Shown here one piece after another: positions 19,456 through 29,061 of a stretch of DNA of 64,000 nt. Source of the stretch: Bacillota bacterium. Lineage in GTDB: Bacteria; Bacillota; UBA4882; UBA8346. Numbering within the stretch: the first letter of the stretch is position 1; each line of letters begins with the position of its first letter. Made by a program: the position numbers and the translations under genes. The stretch lies in assembly GCA_023436305.1 (NCBI GenBank), contig JAEZJQ010000016.1, forward strand, positions 8,536 to 72,535, in the 5' to 3' direction. Under the pieces are notes generated by a model. The model saw only the letters and a program-made list of their open reading frames with translations. It was not told the origin of the DNA and did no database searches.

Positions 19456-20106
19456 TTAAGCGGAAATTCTTTCATCGATTAACTTTTGGACCATCTCCTC
19501 AATTTCATAGATTTCCCCAATTTCCCAAGGCATTGACTGATTACGGTCCCTATGAATATAAATAGGGGCTATTTTTATTTGTTGGGCAGCTTGCAAATTA
19601 ACCAGACAATCATCCACCAATATACATTCTTCACCTTTTGCGTCCAAATCATTCAAAACTTTTATATAACTTGACAAATTGGGTTTCCCTAAATAGTTAC
19701 AGAATTCAATATCATATGTTTTTGAAAAACAACGGTCTATTTGCAACACTTCGAGGACTCTTTGAACATAACCGGCCGGGCTATTACTAAAAATAACCTT
19801 GGTTAACTTGATACTATCCAGTGCTTTAAAAAGCCTTGGGTCCGGTTTAAGAAAATCGGAGACATTTATGTCGTAAGCATATCGCAAATATTCAGCCGGT
19901 TCAACGTGGTGGTGAAATAACAGACCGGCCATGGTCGTCCCGTATTTTTGCCAATACCCATGCCGTACCTTCGTAATTTCTTCCCCCGTCAAATTTAATT
20001 TTGAAGCGATAAAATTATCAATCCGGTTATCGATACAATCTAACATCCCTGATAAATCAGAATAAAGGGTGTTATCAAGATCACATAATAAATATTTAAA
20101 AGACAA
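19456..20106 (-). CDS. HAD hydrolase, pyrimidine 5'-nucleotidase-like
   Basis: Motif I LLCDLDNTLY, motif II VIFSNS, motif IV LVDDC. Confidence 0.7.
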   Translation of the reverse strand: MSFKYLLCDLDNTLYSDLSGMLDCIDNRIDNFIASKLNLTGEEITKVRHGYWQKYGTTMAGLLFHHHVEPAEYLRYAYDINVSDFLKPDPRLFKALDSIKLTKVIFSNSPAGYVQRVLEVLQIDRCFSKTYDIEFCNYLGKPNLSSYIKVLNDLDAKGEECILVDDCLVNLQAAQQIKIAPIYIHRDRNQSMPWEIGEIYEIEEMVQKLIDERISA

Positions 20107-20246
20107 TTTCCCGCTCCTTTATAAATTTTATGAATATCTTCACCATAATTCACATAAATTAAAGAAAAAGCTTTTAAAATAACCGTGGAGGCGTTTAATT
20201 TGCAACCTTTTTAAGAATAATTCTATAAAAAAGGGAGGGAATTTAG

Positions 20247-20579
20247 TTGGGTTTCGTAAAATATCAAAAAGAAAACAATAAAAAAGGGATATCCGCGAAA
20301 ACAATTGGGATTAATCGTAAGGGCCGGTTCGCTTTTTATAAGCCCGTAGTGGAAAAATATCTTCAAAATATGAATCATATTGAATTATATTTTGATCCGG
20401 AAACAAAACAAGTGGGCATCATGCCTTCACCGGAACCTACTCAGGATTCTTTTAAAATCCAAGGCAAAACAACTAAAATGATAATCGCCAAGAAGTTTCT
20501 AAATCGTTTTCAAATATCCGTTGAAGACCGCCGTTACGATTTCTCGGTTGAAAACGAAATGTTAATTGTCCAATTGTAG
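20247..20579 (+). CDS. Hypothetical protein (110 aa)
   Basis: GGGAGGG RBS 8 nt upstream of a TTG start. No recognisable motif. Confidence 0.4.
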   Translation: MGFVKYQKENNKKGISAKTIGINRKGRFAFYKPVVEKYLQNMNHIELYFDPETKQVGIMPSPEPTQDSFKIQGKTTKMIIAKKFLNRFQISVEDRRYDFSVENEMLIVQL

Positions 20580-20599
20580 TCAAAAATAGGACGATCGTC

Positions 20600-21985
20600 C
20601 TACGGGGCGATCGCCTTTCTTTGATTTTTCAAGTCTTCTTTCGCTAACCGTTCCCCCACTTTCCAGATGTCCCCCGCTCCCATGGTGATTAATAAATCTC
20701 CCGCCTGTAAATTTTGACAGAGATGGTCGTAAATGCGTTCAAAGTTGCCCAAATAACGCACATCATGGTGATACTTTTGAGCTTCATTGCTTAAATGAAG
20801 ACTGGATATATCCCCGGGATCAATCTCCCGCGCCGGATATATATCGGCTAAAACGAGTATATCGGCATCAATAAAGGCTTGCGCAAATTCCATCAATAAA
20901 TATTTGGTCCGGCTGAATAAATGAGGTTGAAAGGCGCACCAAATCCGTCCTTTGAAAAATTGCCGCGCCGCCGCTAAAGTGGTACGGACTGCTCCGGGGT
21001 GGTGGGCGTAATCATCCACAATTAAAGCACCGTTAAACTCACCTTTTAACTCAAAACGGTGATGCACTCCGGTGAATTCGGCGATAGTCTCCAACGATTT
21101 CGGTAAAGGAACCCCTAGTTCCGAGGCAATGGCGATAGCGCCCAAGGCATTTTGTAAATTATGGCGACCGGGAACCTTTAAGTTAATATGGCCTTGATTT
21201 TTCCCTTTATACAACAACCGGGCCGATATCCCTATGGGAGGAACCGGCCGTATGTCCTCAACCGTCCAGTCAAATTGAGTTTGATAGCCAAAAGAGATGA
21301 TTTTTCCCCTAAAACGCTTTTTTAGACTCCAGGCATTGGGATCGTCGCCCCACAAAAATAATACACCATGGGCAGGCAATAAATCCACAAAATCATCAAA
21401 TGTTTTAATTACATCTCCAAACGTCGGAAAACAATCCGGGTGGTCCCAATCTATATTGGTGATTAGTTCCATGGTTGGATTCAGTTTTAAAAAGGATCGT
21501 TTAAATTCACAGGCTTCGACAACAATCGTACCCGACTTTCCGGAACGGTGGTTTCCTTGGAAAGCATTAAGCTCACCACCGATTAAGACTGTGGGATCCA
21601 AACCGGCCTCAGTTAATATTAAGGCAGTCATCGCCGAAGTCGTTGTTTTTCCGTGAGTTCCAGCTATGGCGATTCCCTGGCCTTCATCAGCCATTAATTG
21701 CCCGAGCAATTCGGCGCCTTCCATCAAAGGTATCCCTTGCTTTTGTGCTTCCAGAACTTCGGGATTCTCCATCCCAACCGCATTGGTGTATATTATAAGA
21801 TCAGCGCCCCGAATATTGGCCGGATCATGACCCAAATAAACCGTAACGCCTTTCGCCGCCAAATTGTTCGTCTCTTTTGATTCCTGCCAATCCGAACCGG
21901 ATATAATATAACCACGGTCTAAATATATTTTTGCTAAACCACGCAACCTTGCTCCACCAATTCCTACAAAATGGAGATGCTTCAT
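20600..21985 (-). CDS. murC: UDP-N-acetylmuramate--L-alanine ligase
   Basis: MKHLHFVGIGGARLRGLA..., GTHGKTTT P-loop, Mur-ligase C-terminal domain. Start moved to ATG 21985 (GGGGAG RBS); the 33-aa track extension is not MurC-like. Confidence 0.9.
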   Translation of the reverse strand: MKHLHFVGIGGARLRGLAKIYLDRGYIISGSDWQESKETNNLAAKGVTVYLGHDPANIRGADLIIYTNAVGMENPEVLEAQKQGIPLMEGAELLGQLMADEGQGIAIAGTHGKTTTSAMTALILTEAGLDPTVLIGGELNAFQGNHRSGKSGTIVVEACEFKRSFLKLNPTMELITNIDWDHPDCFPTFGDVIKTFDDFVDLLPAHGVLFLWGDDPNAWSLKKRFRGKIISFGYQTQFDWTVEDIRPVPPIGISARLLYKGKNQGHINLKVPGRHNLQNALGAIAIASELGVPLPKSLETIAEFTGVHHRFELKGEFNGALIVDDYAHHPGAVRTTLAAARQFFKGRIWCAFQPHLFSRTKYLLMEFAQAFIDADILVLADIYPAREIDPGDISSLHLSNEAQKYHHDVRYLGNFERIYDHLCQNLQAGDLLITMGAGDIWKVGERLAKEDLKNQRKAIAP

Positions 21986-22248
21986 AAAACCACTGTTCTC
22001 CCCTCTGTCGCGCGTTTTAACACGCCTCATCCAGTTTATTATAACATATTTCTTTAATATTATTGATCTTTTTCTTGGATTCAAGTCAAAACTTATGCCA
22101 ATATTTATCCGCTTTTATGGTGCCTGACTTTAATATATTATTGGAGTAGTTTACCTGTTAACTTATGCCTCGATATTAGCCATACTATACCAGGGATATA
22201 TATTAGCGTGCCAATGGTACGCAAATAAATTCCCAGGGGGGTGAACCG

Positions 22249-22437
22249 ATGAGTCGCCACCGCAGTATTGTTTCCGATCCGGTAAAATATGAAATCGCTA
22301 AAGAACTTGGGTTTGCCGACCGGATTCAAGTCAATAACGGCAGTTACGACTATGGGAATATCACCACTCGTCAAGCCGGGTTAATCGTTCGCGGCTTAAT
22401 TCAAAAAGCGGAAGAATTGTTATCCCGGAACGGTTAG
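22249..22437 (+). CDS. Alpha/beta-type small acid-soluble spore protein
   Basis: KYEIAKELGF...GNITTRQAGLIVRGLIQKAEE is the SASP signature, 62 aa. A CATACTA -10-like element of forespore type sits at 22181-22187. Confidence 0.85.
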   Translation: MSRHRSIVSDPVKYEIAKELGFADRIQVNNGSYDYGNITTRQAGLIVRGLIQKAEELLSRNG

Positions 22438-22455
22438 GGATTTTTCCCTAACCGT
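22431..22455 (+). terminator. Hairpin overlapping the SASP stop codon
   Basis: Perfect 10-bp stem CGGTTAGGGA / TCCCTAACCG with loop TTTTT. There is no clear trailing T-run. Confidence 0.4.
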
Positions 22456-22973
22456 TCACCAACTTCTATCCTAATTCATAATATATTATTGTTCCGGCGC
22501 TTCAATAATTTGAAGGACCGGGGAAAATTTTAAATGTTGAAACGCTTCGCACTTGTGAAGTGCTAAAGTATAGACCACCGGTTCGAAGAATAAAACTCCG
22601 CTCATGTAAGAAATTGCACTTGACCCTAAACTGACCCAAGTAAAGGTAAGTAGCAAAAACCAAATAATTAACCGATGAATATCGACGGTTGGAAGGCTTG
22701 ACCCATGATATTTCATCGGTTTTTTATTATCTCTGTTTTTGAATCCGAATTTTCCGACTCCTTGATAGAATCCTCCACGGTAATTTAATTGGTTTTTCTT
22801 TCTTTTATTTACAATAATTATTAACCAGCATAAGCAGGGAATCTTATCGTAACAGCCGAAATACTAACACCAATTTGATGGATCCAAGGGATTTCCGGAT
22901 TTCAGCAAACCAGTTATTTTTTCAGATCCGTATAAACCATGGAATTCTTTTTAACTGTAGTTAGGAGGTTTAA

Positions 22974-24170
22974 ATGAAACGCATCCTTGTCATTACGGTT
23001 CTAATTTCTTTATTGATAATAACAATTCCAACCGGCGCCTCAGCTGCGAAAGCAACTCTTTCCTCGGTGACGGACCGGAAATTGACCGATCTTTCAAACC
23101 GGTTTTCATCCCTGGAAGCCAGTTGGGGCCGCTTCCGGCTTGGTGGTAGTTTTTCATTGACTCCGTATGCCAATTTTACACCCCAGCAGAATGTCCTGCC
23201 CATCATCGAATATGATCAGGAAATCGGTCTCTTTTTTGATGCTTTTATCGATAACCATTTACAATTCTCTTTAAAACTGGACAACCAAAGAGGATGGGGA
23301 ACCCAATACCAATACCTGGGTTCTCTCAACTTAAACCCGCTACAAATCGGCGAAGCTTTCTTACGAATGCAATATCCAAAGGCCTTTAATTATTTCGGCC
23401 GGTTTCGCTTTTCGTTAGGAACATTAGGAATCATTTCCGACTTTTTTACCAATCCCATCGAAGGTTTTGCTATCCAACAGGCATGGAATAAATTTCAACT
23501 GGTGGCAATTTATAACCGGGTGAGTACCCTTTACAACTCAACCACCAATCAGGTGATAAGCGGCACCGATTACCTGGCGGGCCGTATCGGCTGGTCCAAT
23601 CGTTCCGATGTGATTGGCCTGAATATTGTCCCCAAAGGGTTGGGTGGTGAACGTAATTTCAGTATGGACTGGTCCCGAAATACCGCCAATTACAAAATAG
23701 CAGCGGAACTCGGTTGGTATTCCTTTTATTCCACCGAATATTCCGATCTTAACACCGGCCCGACCCCTGGATTTATGGTTAGTTATGGCCGTAATCTAAC
23801 CAGCCGGCGCGGACAGAGTTCCAGTTTTATCCAGTTAAAAGCCGGTTACTTCACCTCCGGTTTCCAGCCGTCTTATTCAAGCCTGGCCCATGTTTCCGGG
23901 AGTGAGCGGGAATGGTTTCAGCCAAATTCGAAAGGTATTGAAATTTACTGGAATTGGCATAATCAGCTTTTCAACAATTTTCAAGTGGAAAACCGTCTAA
24001 TTGTTTTAACCCCGGTTGAAAGTAACGAACCCATTGTCAATTACCGGTTGTACAGCAAAATCTCCAAGAATATCACTCCGGTTAACCAATTACAATTGGG
24101 CGTCGACCTAAAAAACTTTAATCATGCCTTCGTGGGGCAAATATTTGTCGGGTGGGCCCTGCGTTTTTAA
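22974..24170 (+). CDS. Secreted protein with outer-membrane beta-barrel-like features
   Basis: Signal peptide MKRILVITVLISLLIITIPTGASA-AK. Many alternating-hydrophobic strands (YKIAAELGWYSFYS, SFIQLKAGYFTS, GIEIYWNWHN). C-terminus ...GQIFVGWALRF ends in Phe with alternating hydrophobics, as in an OMP beta-signal. Confidence 0.6.
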   Translation: MKRILVITVLISLLIITIPTGASAAKATLSSVTDRKLTDLSNRFSSLEASWGRFRLGGSFSLTPYANFTPQQNVLPIIEYDQEIGLFFDAFIDNHLQFSLKLDNQRGWGTQYQYLGSLNLNPLQIGEAFLRMQYPKAFNYFGRFRFSLGTLGIISDFFTNPIEGFAIQQAWNKFQLVAIYNRVSTLYNSTTNQVISGTDYLAGRIGWSNRSDVIGLNIVPKGLGGERNFSMDWSRNTANYKIAAELGWYSFYSTEYSDLNTGPTPGFMVSYGRNLTSRRGQSSSFIQLKAGYFTSGFQPSYSSLAHVSGSEREWFQPNSKGIEIYWNWHNQLFNNFQVENRLIVLTPVESNEPIVNYRLYSKISKNITPVNQLQLGVDLKNFNHAFVGQIFVGWALRF

Positions 24171-24229
24171 TTAGGATTGACCAGGATTTAGAGGATTTTC
24201 AGAATTGAAGGATATATCATCGATCAATA

Positions 24230-24264
24230 AACCGGGTTCATCCATTGAAACGACGAACCCGGTT
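24230..24264. terminator. Bidirectional hairpin between convergent genes
   Basis: Perfect 10-bp stem AACCGGGTTC / GAACCCGGTT with a 15-nt loop. Confidence 0.6.
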
Positions 24265-24315
24265 AAAACCTTTGCTTTATTAATCATGATAATCCTTTAA
24301 TCGTATAAATGCTGG

Positions 24316-24582
24316 TCATGATTTGGTACCGGTCAATACCAGGATAATTCCCAGACAGATAAGGATGATCTTTAGCCATGACAATTTGACAGCCACAGCT
24401 ACGATACCCAACGCGCTAACGGCTAAAAAGACCAATGGGCCTACCAATCCTAAAAAAGCATTCATCCGTAAAGCGCTTTCCACCTTCCCCAGTTTTAAAA
24501 AAATAATCGCCACAACGATCTCAAGCAAACCGGAAATAACCCGGATTAACGCCATATTATGAACTGTTGCCGCCTGTTCCAT
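24316..24582 (-). CDS. YqhV-like small membrane protein (DUF2619)
   Basis: 88 aa, 3 TM. ALIRVISGLLEIVVAIIFLKLG pattern resembles B. subtilis YqhV as I remember it. Confidence 0.6.
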   Translation of the reverse strand: MEQAATVHNMALIRVISGLLEIVVAIIFLKLGKVESALRMNAFLGLVGPLVFLAVSALGIVAVAVKLSWLKIILICLGIILVLTGTKS

Positions 24583-24670
24583 AAAGTTTTCCTCCCCTTA
24601 CCGATTGGCCCACTTTAATAAAATCAGAATTTGAAAGGTTACCCATTTTAAGTTGCTCCGTTACTTATGA

Positions 24671-25129
24671 TTACTTTTTGCCTAAGCCCAATAGGCTAAA
24701 AAGGAAAGCGGTAATGCCCGCCGCCGCCAACGGACCCACCGGAACTCCTTTTAATAACGATACCCCAATTACCGTTCCGATAACTAAGCCTACCACTACT
24801 TGTGGCTGAAGCTGTAACAAAATTAATCCTTGCCCGCACAAGTATGCGGCAATGACTCCACCCACAATGGCCACAATTCCCCGAACACTTTGAAACGTTA
24901 ACCAGATATCTTTAATTTTTACTTTATCCAAAGCAAAAGGGGTAAGTACCGCCACCAAAAGAAAAAGAAGCCCGATATCAAGCGCCCGCCGTTCTAATAA
25001 ACCCAAAATATACCGCATTTTAATAAGTTTTAAAACCAATAGACTCCCGGCACCCGCCGCCACCAAATTATTATTAAAAGCCAGCCCCAAAGTCAAGATA
25101 ATCAATAAGAGCATATTGTCTTGAACCAA
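24671..25129 (-). CDS. UPF0756/DUF441 membrane protein
   Basis: 152 aa, 4 TM, LLLIILTLGLAFNNNLVAAGAGSLLVLKLI N-terminus typical of YeaL/DUF441. Confidence 0.7.
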   Translation of the reverse strand: MVQDNMLLLIILTLGLAFNNNLVAAGAGSLLVLKLIKMRYILGLLERRALDIGLLFLLVAVLTPFALDKVKIKDIWLTFQSVRGIVAIVGGVIAAYLCGQGLILLQLQPQVVVGLVIGTVIGVSLLKGVPVGPLAAAGITAFLFSLLGLGKK

Positions 25130-25263
25130 ACGTATTCAACTCCTCCCTAAAATCTATGCCTATATTCCATTCTTCATGTCTGACAATTAAAAACTTTTTA
25201 CCCTCTAACTTTCAACTCTATTCACCTTTCATCATACACTATCACGAATAGGAGTGATGTTTG

Positions 25264-26040
25264 ATGAATTATGCTTGGGAGGGATTGCTGGAAGCCCCAT
25301 TGCCGGAAAGGCAAATAAAGCCGCGAAAATCGGGGATTACCATGCTCATCGACAAAGGGCTCACCGTTCATGAAACCAGGGATTTGTTATCCATGAATGC
25401 TCCGTTTATCGATTTTATGAAATTAACTTTTGGAACCGCGGCGTTATATCCAAAACCTGTTCTTATGGAAAAGATTGATTTGGCTGGTGATTATGAGATA
25501 GAGGTTTATCCTGGAGGTACTTTGTTTGAAATTGCATTATGGCAAGGAAAAAGCGAACTCTATTTTCAAAGTTTGATAGATTTAGGGTTTCAGTGGGTGG
25601 AGATATCCGACGGAAGTTTAGCGGTAAGTTCCAGTGAGCGCAGTATGGCCATTCAAAAAGCCCAAAGGTTGGGGTTAAAAGTAATTACCGAAGTCGGTAA
25701 AAAAGATGCTGTCAATCAGCCATCCACGGATTGGCTTGCTGAAACCGCCCTGCAGGACTTGGAAGAAGGCGCGGATTGGGTCATCATTGAAGGCCGGGAA
25801 TCCGGTAAAGGAATTGGCATCTATGACCAACACGGGGAGGTGATTTTTGATAAATTCAACCACTTAAGCCAGCAATTGAATTTGGAGAAAATTATCTGGG
25901 AAGCGCCGCTCAAATCGCAACAGGCCACATTGATTAATGAATTCGGGCCGAATGTAAATTTAGGCAACATCCCTCCCACGGAAATCATGGCCCTGGAAGC
26001 ATTACGGCGCGGTTATCGCAGTGATACCTGGAAAAGATAA
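25264..26040 (+). CDS. Phosphosulfolactate synthase (ComA/YitD family)
   Basis: RKSGITMLIDKGL...FIDFMKLTFGTAALY...VYPGGTLFE...WVEISDGS family blocks. Confidence 0.8.
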   Translation: MNYAWEGLLEAPLPERQIKPRKSGITMLIDKGLTVHETRDLLSMNAPFIDFMKLTFGTAALYPKPVLMEKIDLAGDYEIEVYPGGTLFEIALWQGKSELYFQSLIDLGFQWVEISDGSLAVSSSERSMAIQKAQRLGLKVITEVGKKDAVNQPSTDWLAETALQDLEEGADWVIIEGRESGKGIGIYDQHGEVIFDKFNHLSQQLNLEKIIWEAPLKSQQATLINEFGPNVNLGNIPPTEIMALEALRRGYRSDTWKR

Positions 26041-26075
26041 AAGCCGGTGCTTCCCGGCCTTATTGTTTTTTATTT
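26041..26075 (+). terminator. Terminator after the ComA-like gene
   Basis: AAGCCGG-tgcttc-CCGGCCTT followed by ATTGTTTTTTATTTTTTT. Confidence 0.6.
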
Positions 26076-26082
26076 TTTTAAG

Positions 26083-27030
26083 TTAATCTTCATCTTTATC
26101 AGATTTTGTTTGAACCTGCTTACCGGTAACCTCGGTGTTCAACGGATCCGGCTCCGGCTCCAATTGGGTGCTATCGAGATCCTGGTTTACCCCGATTACG
26201 GCGACCTTGGCGGGACAGGGCATAACCGCCAATTGTAATTGCTTCTTCTGTTTCTTTACTTTCACCACAAAATAATTGAATAACGATTGCGCCTCATCTT
26301 CGGTAAATTTACCATCTTCGTTCAAATCCATTAATATATTATCCTTCTTATAATCATTATAACAGCCGTTGGCATTGGTATCGATCAATCTAAACCTTAT
26401 GTCCTTTTCCCGGTGATCGATGGTTACAGTGAATGTTCCTTCCAAAGCACTGGTATTGATGAAACCAATCCACAAAGTATTGGTTCCATTTTTCTTCATG
26501 ATATATTGCGTATGAATATAAAAACTGAGTTTCTTGGTAATCTCCCCATAGGCTGTGCTTTTATAGGAAACCATTACCGGAACTGATTTTGGATATGTAG
26601 AACTGGAATGGATTAGTAAACTACCGTCTTTATCTTCCCATGTATCCAGATTGGGTACTTTTTCTTGACTGGTTATATTATTATCGAAATTTTGGTCTAC
26701 ATATAATTCCGAATAGTAATCAAAGTCATTTTTCCGAATGACAAACCAGACATCCTTTTCATTATTGCCAAGCCGGATGGAACCATATTGTAATCCCTTA
26801 AAAGTTGTAATCTCCGGATCAACCTTTAAAATGTCAGGTTTTGTCTCCACGACCTGGGCTTGTTTATATTTTAATATTTCTGCTTTAAAGTATTTATTAA
26901 TTTCCTTACTTTTAATTTTCGCCGGTGTTAAATCATAGATCCCTTCCACGGGGAAAGGAAAATCCATAGCGCCTAACATTCCCAAAGAAAACACGATCAA
27001 TATAAGCGCCATCAATATTTTTTTCAACAT
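26083..27030 (-). CDS. Secreted EF-hand-loop protein, paralog 1 (unknown family)
   Basis: Signal/anchor MLKKILMALILIVFSLGMLGA. Loops DQNFDNNITSQE, DTNANGCYNDY, DLNEDGKFTEDE. GAGGTGGG RBS. Confidence 0.8.
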   Translation of the reverse strand: MLKKILMALILIVFSLGMLGAMDFPFPVEGIYDLTPAKIKSKEINKYFKAEILKYKQAQVVETKPDILKVDPEITTFKGLQYGSIRLGNNEKDVWFVIRKNDFDYYSELYVDQNFDNNITSQEKVPNLDTWEDKDGSLLIHSSSTYPKSVPVMVSYKSTAYGEITKKLSFYIHTQYIMKKNGTNTLWIGFINTSALEGTFTVTIDHREKDIRFRLIDTNANGCYNDYKKDNILMDLNEDGKFTEDEAQSLFNYFVVKVKKQKKQLQLAVMPCPAKVAVIGVNQDLDSTQLEPEPDPLNTEVTGKQVQTKSDKDED

Positions 27031-27126
27031 ATCCCACCTCGCCGTAAAAAAATTTACCTCCCGATATATCTCGATAAGATTATCGGCATATTTCCAATTT
27101 TAATCCAGCATAATAAAATCTAAATA

Positions 27127-28011
27127 TTAAATCATATCCGGTTCCGGTTCCAATTTGGAAGCGTCAAATTCTTGAATGGCTTCGGTTACTTGAACCTTAC
27201 CGGGAAACGGTAAAACAATAAAATGTATTTGCTTTTTCCCGGTATCGGTCTTAATGTCAAAATATTCTGATAACGTTTGGTTTTCTTGATAAAGCCCATC
27301 GTAATTCAAATCCATACATATAACATCTTTCCCGTAATCATTAAAACAGCCGTTACTATTGGTATCTAATAGCCGAAATTTCACCAACTTCTCGTTTCTA
27401 CCAACCATTACCCGAATTAGGCCCTGGAGTGCGCTAATTGTAGCTATCGTAACCGTAGAAGTATCGGTATCATTCTTTTCAAAAATCCTGGCCCAAAGGT
27501 AAAAATAGACTTTCTTTTTAATTTCGCCAGTCATTCCTTTATACGAAACGGTCAGTGGAACCGGCGTTGTCTGGGCGGAAGCAAAATGAACCATGATTCC
27601 CTTCAGCCTGCGATCAAAAGTCTGGATATCCTGAACTTTTTCTTCATCGCTAATATTATAATCCAAATTTTGATCAATATAAATTTTTGAATAATATCCG
27701 GCTGGATCTTTCCCCATTACAAACCAGACATCTTTTTCGTTATTACCCAATTTAAAACTACCGTACCGAATATCTGTTAATTTTTCAAGTTCCGGAGCAA
27801 CCATTAACTCATTGGGTTTTGAATCAATTAAATTGGCTTCGTTAGCAGTTTGAAATACATCAGTAAAATCATTCCCGAAAAATTCATCGCGCCCGATATT
27901 CACCATTTTAAGCAGATAAGTACCGGCACTAATATAGGGTAGCTTGGTGGCTCCGAAAAACAACAAAGACAGCATTCCCAATGCAATTATCATAGAATAT
28001 TTCTTCATCAC
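27127..28011 (-). CDS. Secreted EF-hand-loop protein, paralog 2 (unknown family)
   Basis: Signal/anchor MMKKYSMIIALGMLSLLFFGA. Loops DQNLDYNISDEE, DTNSNGCFNDY, DLNYDGLYQENQ. AAGGAG RBS. Confidence 0.8.
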   Translation of the reverse strand: MMKKYSMIIALGMLSLLFFGATKLPYISAGTYLLKMVNIGRDEFFGNDFTDVFQTANEANLIDSKPNELMVAPELEKLTDIRYGSFKLGNNEKDVWFVMGKDPAGYYSKIYIDQNLDYNISDEEKVQDIQTFDRRLKGIMVHFASAQTTPVPLTVSYKGMTGEIKKKVYFYLWARIFEKNDTDTSTVTIATISALQGLIRVMVGRNEKLVKFRLLDTNSNGCFNDYGKDVICMDLNYDGLYQENQTLSEYFDIKTDTGKKQIHFIVLPFPGKVQVTEAIQEFDASKLEPEPDMI

Positions 28012-28137
28012 TGATTACACTCCTTGTCCATGTTGCCATTCATTCCAATATCATCAACCTTTTGTAGCGTTTGAAGCCGTTACGAAAAAAATCACTACTC
28101 CTTGTGAACCGATTTCGGAGAAGACTTCGGAGAGGTT

Positions 28138-29061
28138 TTAGAGAGGTTCTAGAGCGGTCTCCGGATCGGTCTCTGGCTTGGAATTATTATTGGAGGGTAA
28201 TGGTTCCAAAATAGAAGGGTCCATTTCCGAGATTGCATTGATTACCGCTATTTTTGCTGGAAATGGCGGCACAATTATCCGCCATTGTTGCCGTTTATCA
28301 GAAGAATAAGGGTATTCGGCCAACTTATCACTTTCATTTTTACGAAAATAACCATCATGGTTAAGATCCATCATTAAAAAATCGATTCCATAATCATTAA
28401 AACAGCCATTTCCGTTGACATCAATAATCCGAAATTTGACCAATCTTAATTTTCCGTTTTCCGGGATATTGAATTCACCTTCCAGGAAACTAGCTGTAAT
28501 AGCGGTCACTATTGTATCCGATAAATCATTCTTTTTATAAATACCTGTTTTAATAAAAAAATACAGCTTTTTTTCAAACTCTGTCTTTATACCTTTATAT
28601 GATACAGTAATCGATACCGGAACCAGGGATAAAGCCTCCATACTGCGAATACCGCGAACCAAATTTTGACCGGTTTGAAATCCTTTTATTTTTTCTTTTT
28701 TTTCAATCCGCTGATCCAAATTTTGATCAATATAGAATTCCGACCAATAATCCTCATCATCTTTGCCCATGAAAAACCAGATTTTTTGACCATGATTACC
28801 CAACTGAAAACAACCATATTTAACTTCACTCAAGTCCAGATCACCGATATCAACCTCTAAATCTTCAGGTTTTGATTCGAACAATTCAGCTTGATTCCAC
28901 TGGAGCATGGCCATATCTTTGGAAATTAAATCAAAAAAAGTAAAATTCCTCAATTTTACCGTATAGACATCCGGTTGTGGGATTAGCAACCGTTTTTCAA
29001 AAAAACCGTTCACCGTCATTGGAATGAATAATAAGATCAGTAACCAAGATATTCTTTTCAT
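28138..29061 (-). CDS. Secreted EF-hand-loop protein, paralog 3 (unknown family)
   Basis: Start moved to ATG 29061 (MKRISWLLILLFIPMTVNG, AAGGAG RBS). Loops DQNLDQRIEKKE, DVNGNGCFNDY, DLNHDGYFRKNE. Confidence 0.8.
   Translation of the reverse strand: MKRISWLLILLFIPMTVNGFFEKRLLIPQPDVYTVKLRNFTFFDLISKDMAMLQWNQAELFESKPEDLEVDIGDLDLSEVKYGCFQLGNHGQKIWFFMGKDDEDYWSEFYIDQNLDQRIEKKEKIKGFQTGQNLVRGIRSMEALSLVPVSITVSYKGIKTEFEKKLYFFIKTGIYKKNDLSDTIVTAITASFLEGEFNIPENGKLRLVKFRIIDVNGNGCFNDYGIDFLMMDLNHDGYFRKNESDKLAEYPYSSDKRQQWRIIVPPFPAKIAVINAISEMDPSILEPLPSNNNSKPETDPETALEPL

Noticed and set aside
22141-22248. A sigma-G/sigma-F forespore promoter for the SASP gene.
   Set aside because: A CATACTA -10-like element is present (22181-22187). 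I could not find a convincing -35 element (GAATA/GCATA type) at 17-18 nt spacing, so it is mentioned only as evidence text and not as a feature.
22486-22716. A 76-aa hydrophobic ORF convergent with the SASP gene.
   Set aside because: It has no Shine-Dalgarno sequence upstream and no recognisable motif. It may be real but I cannot support it.
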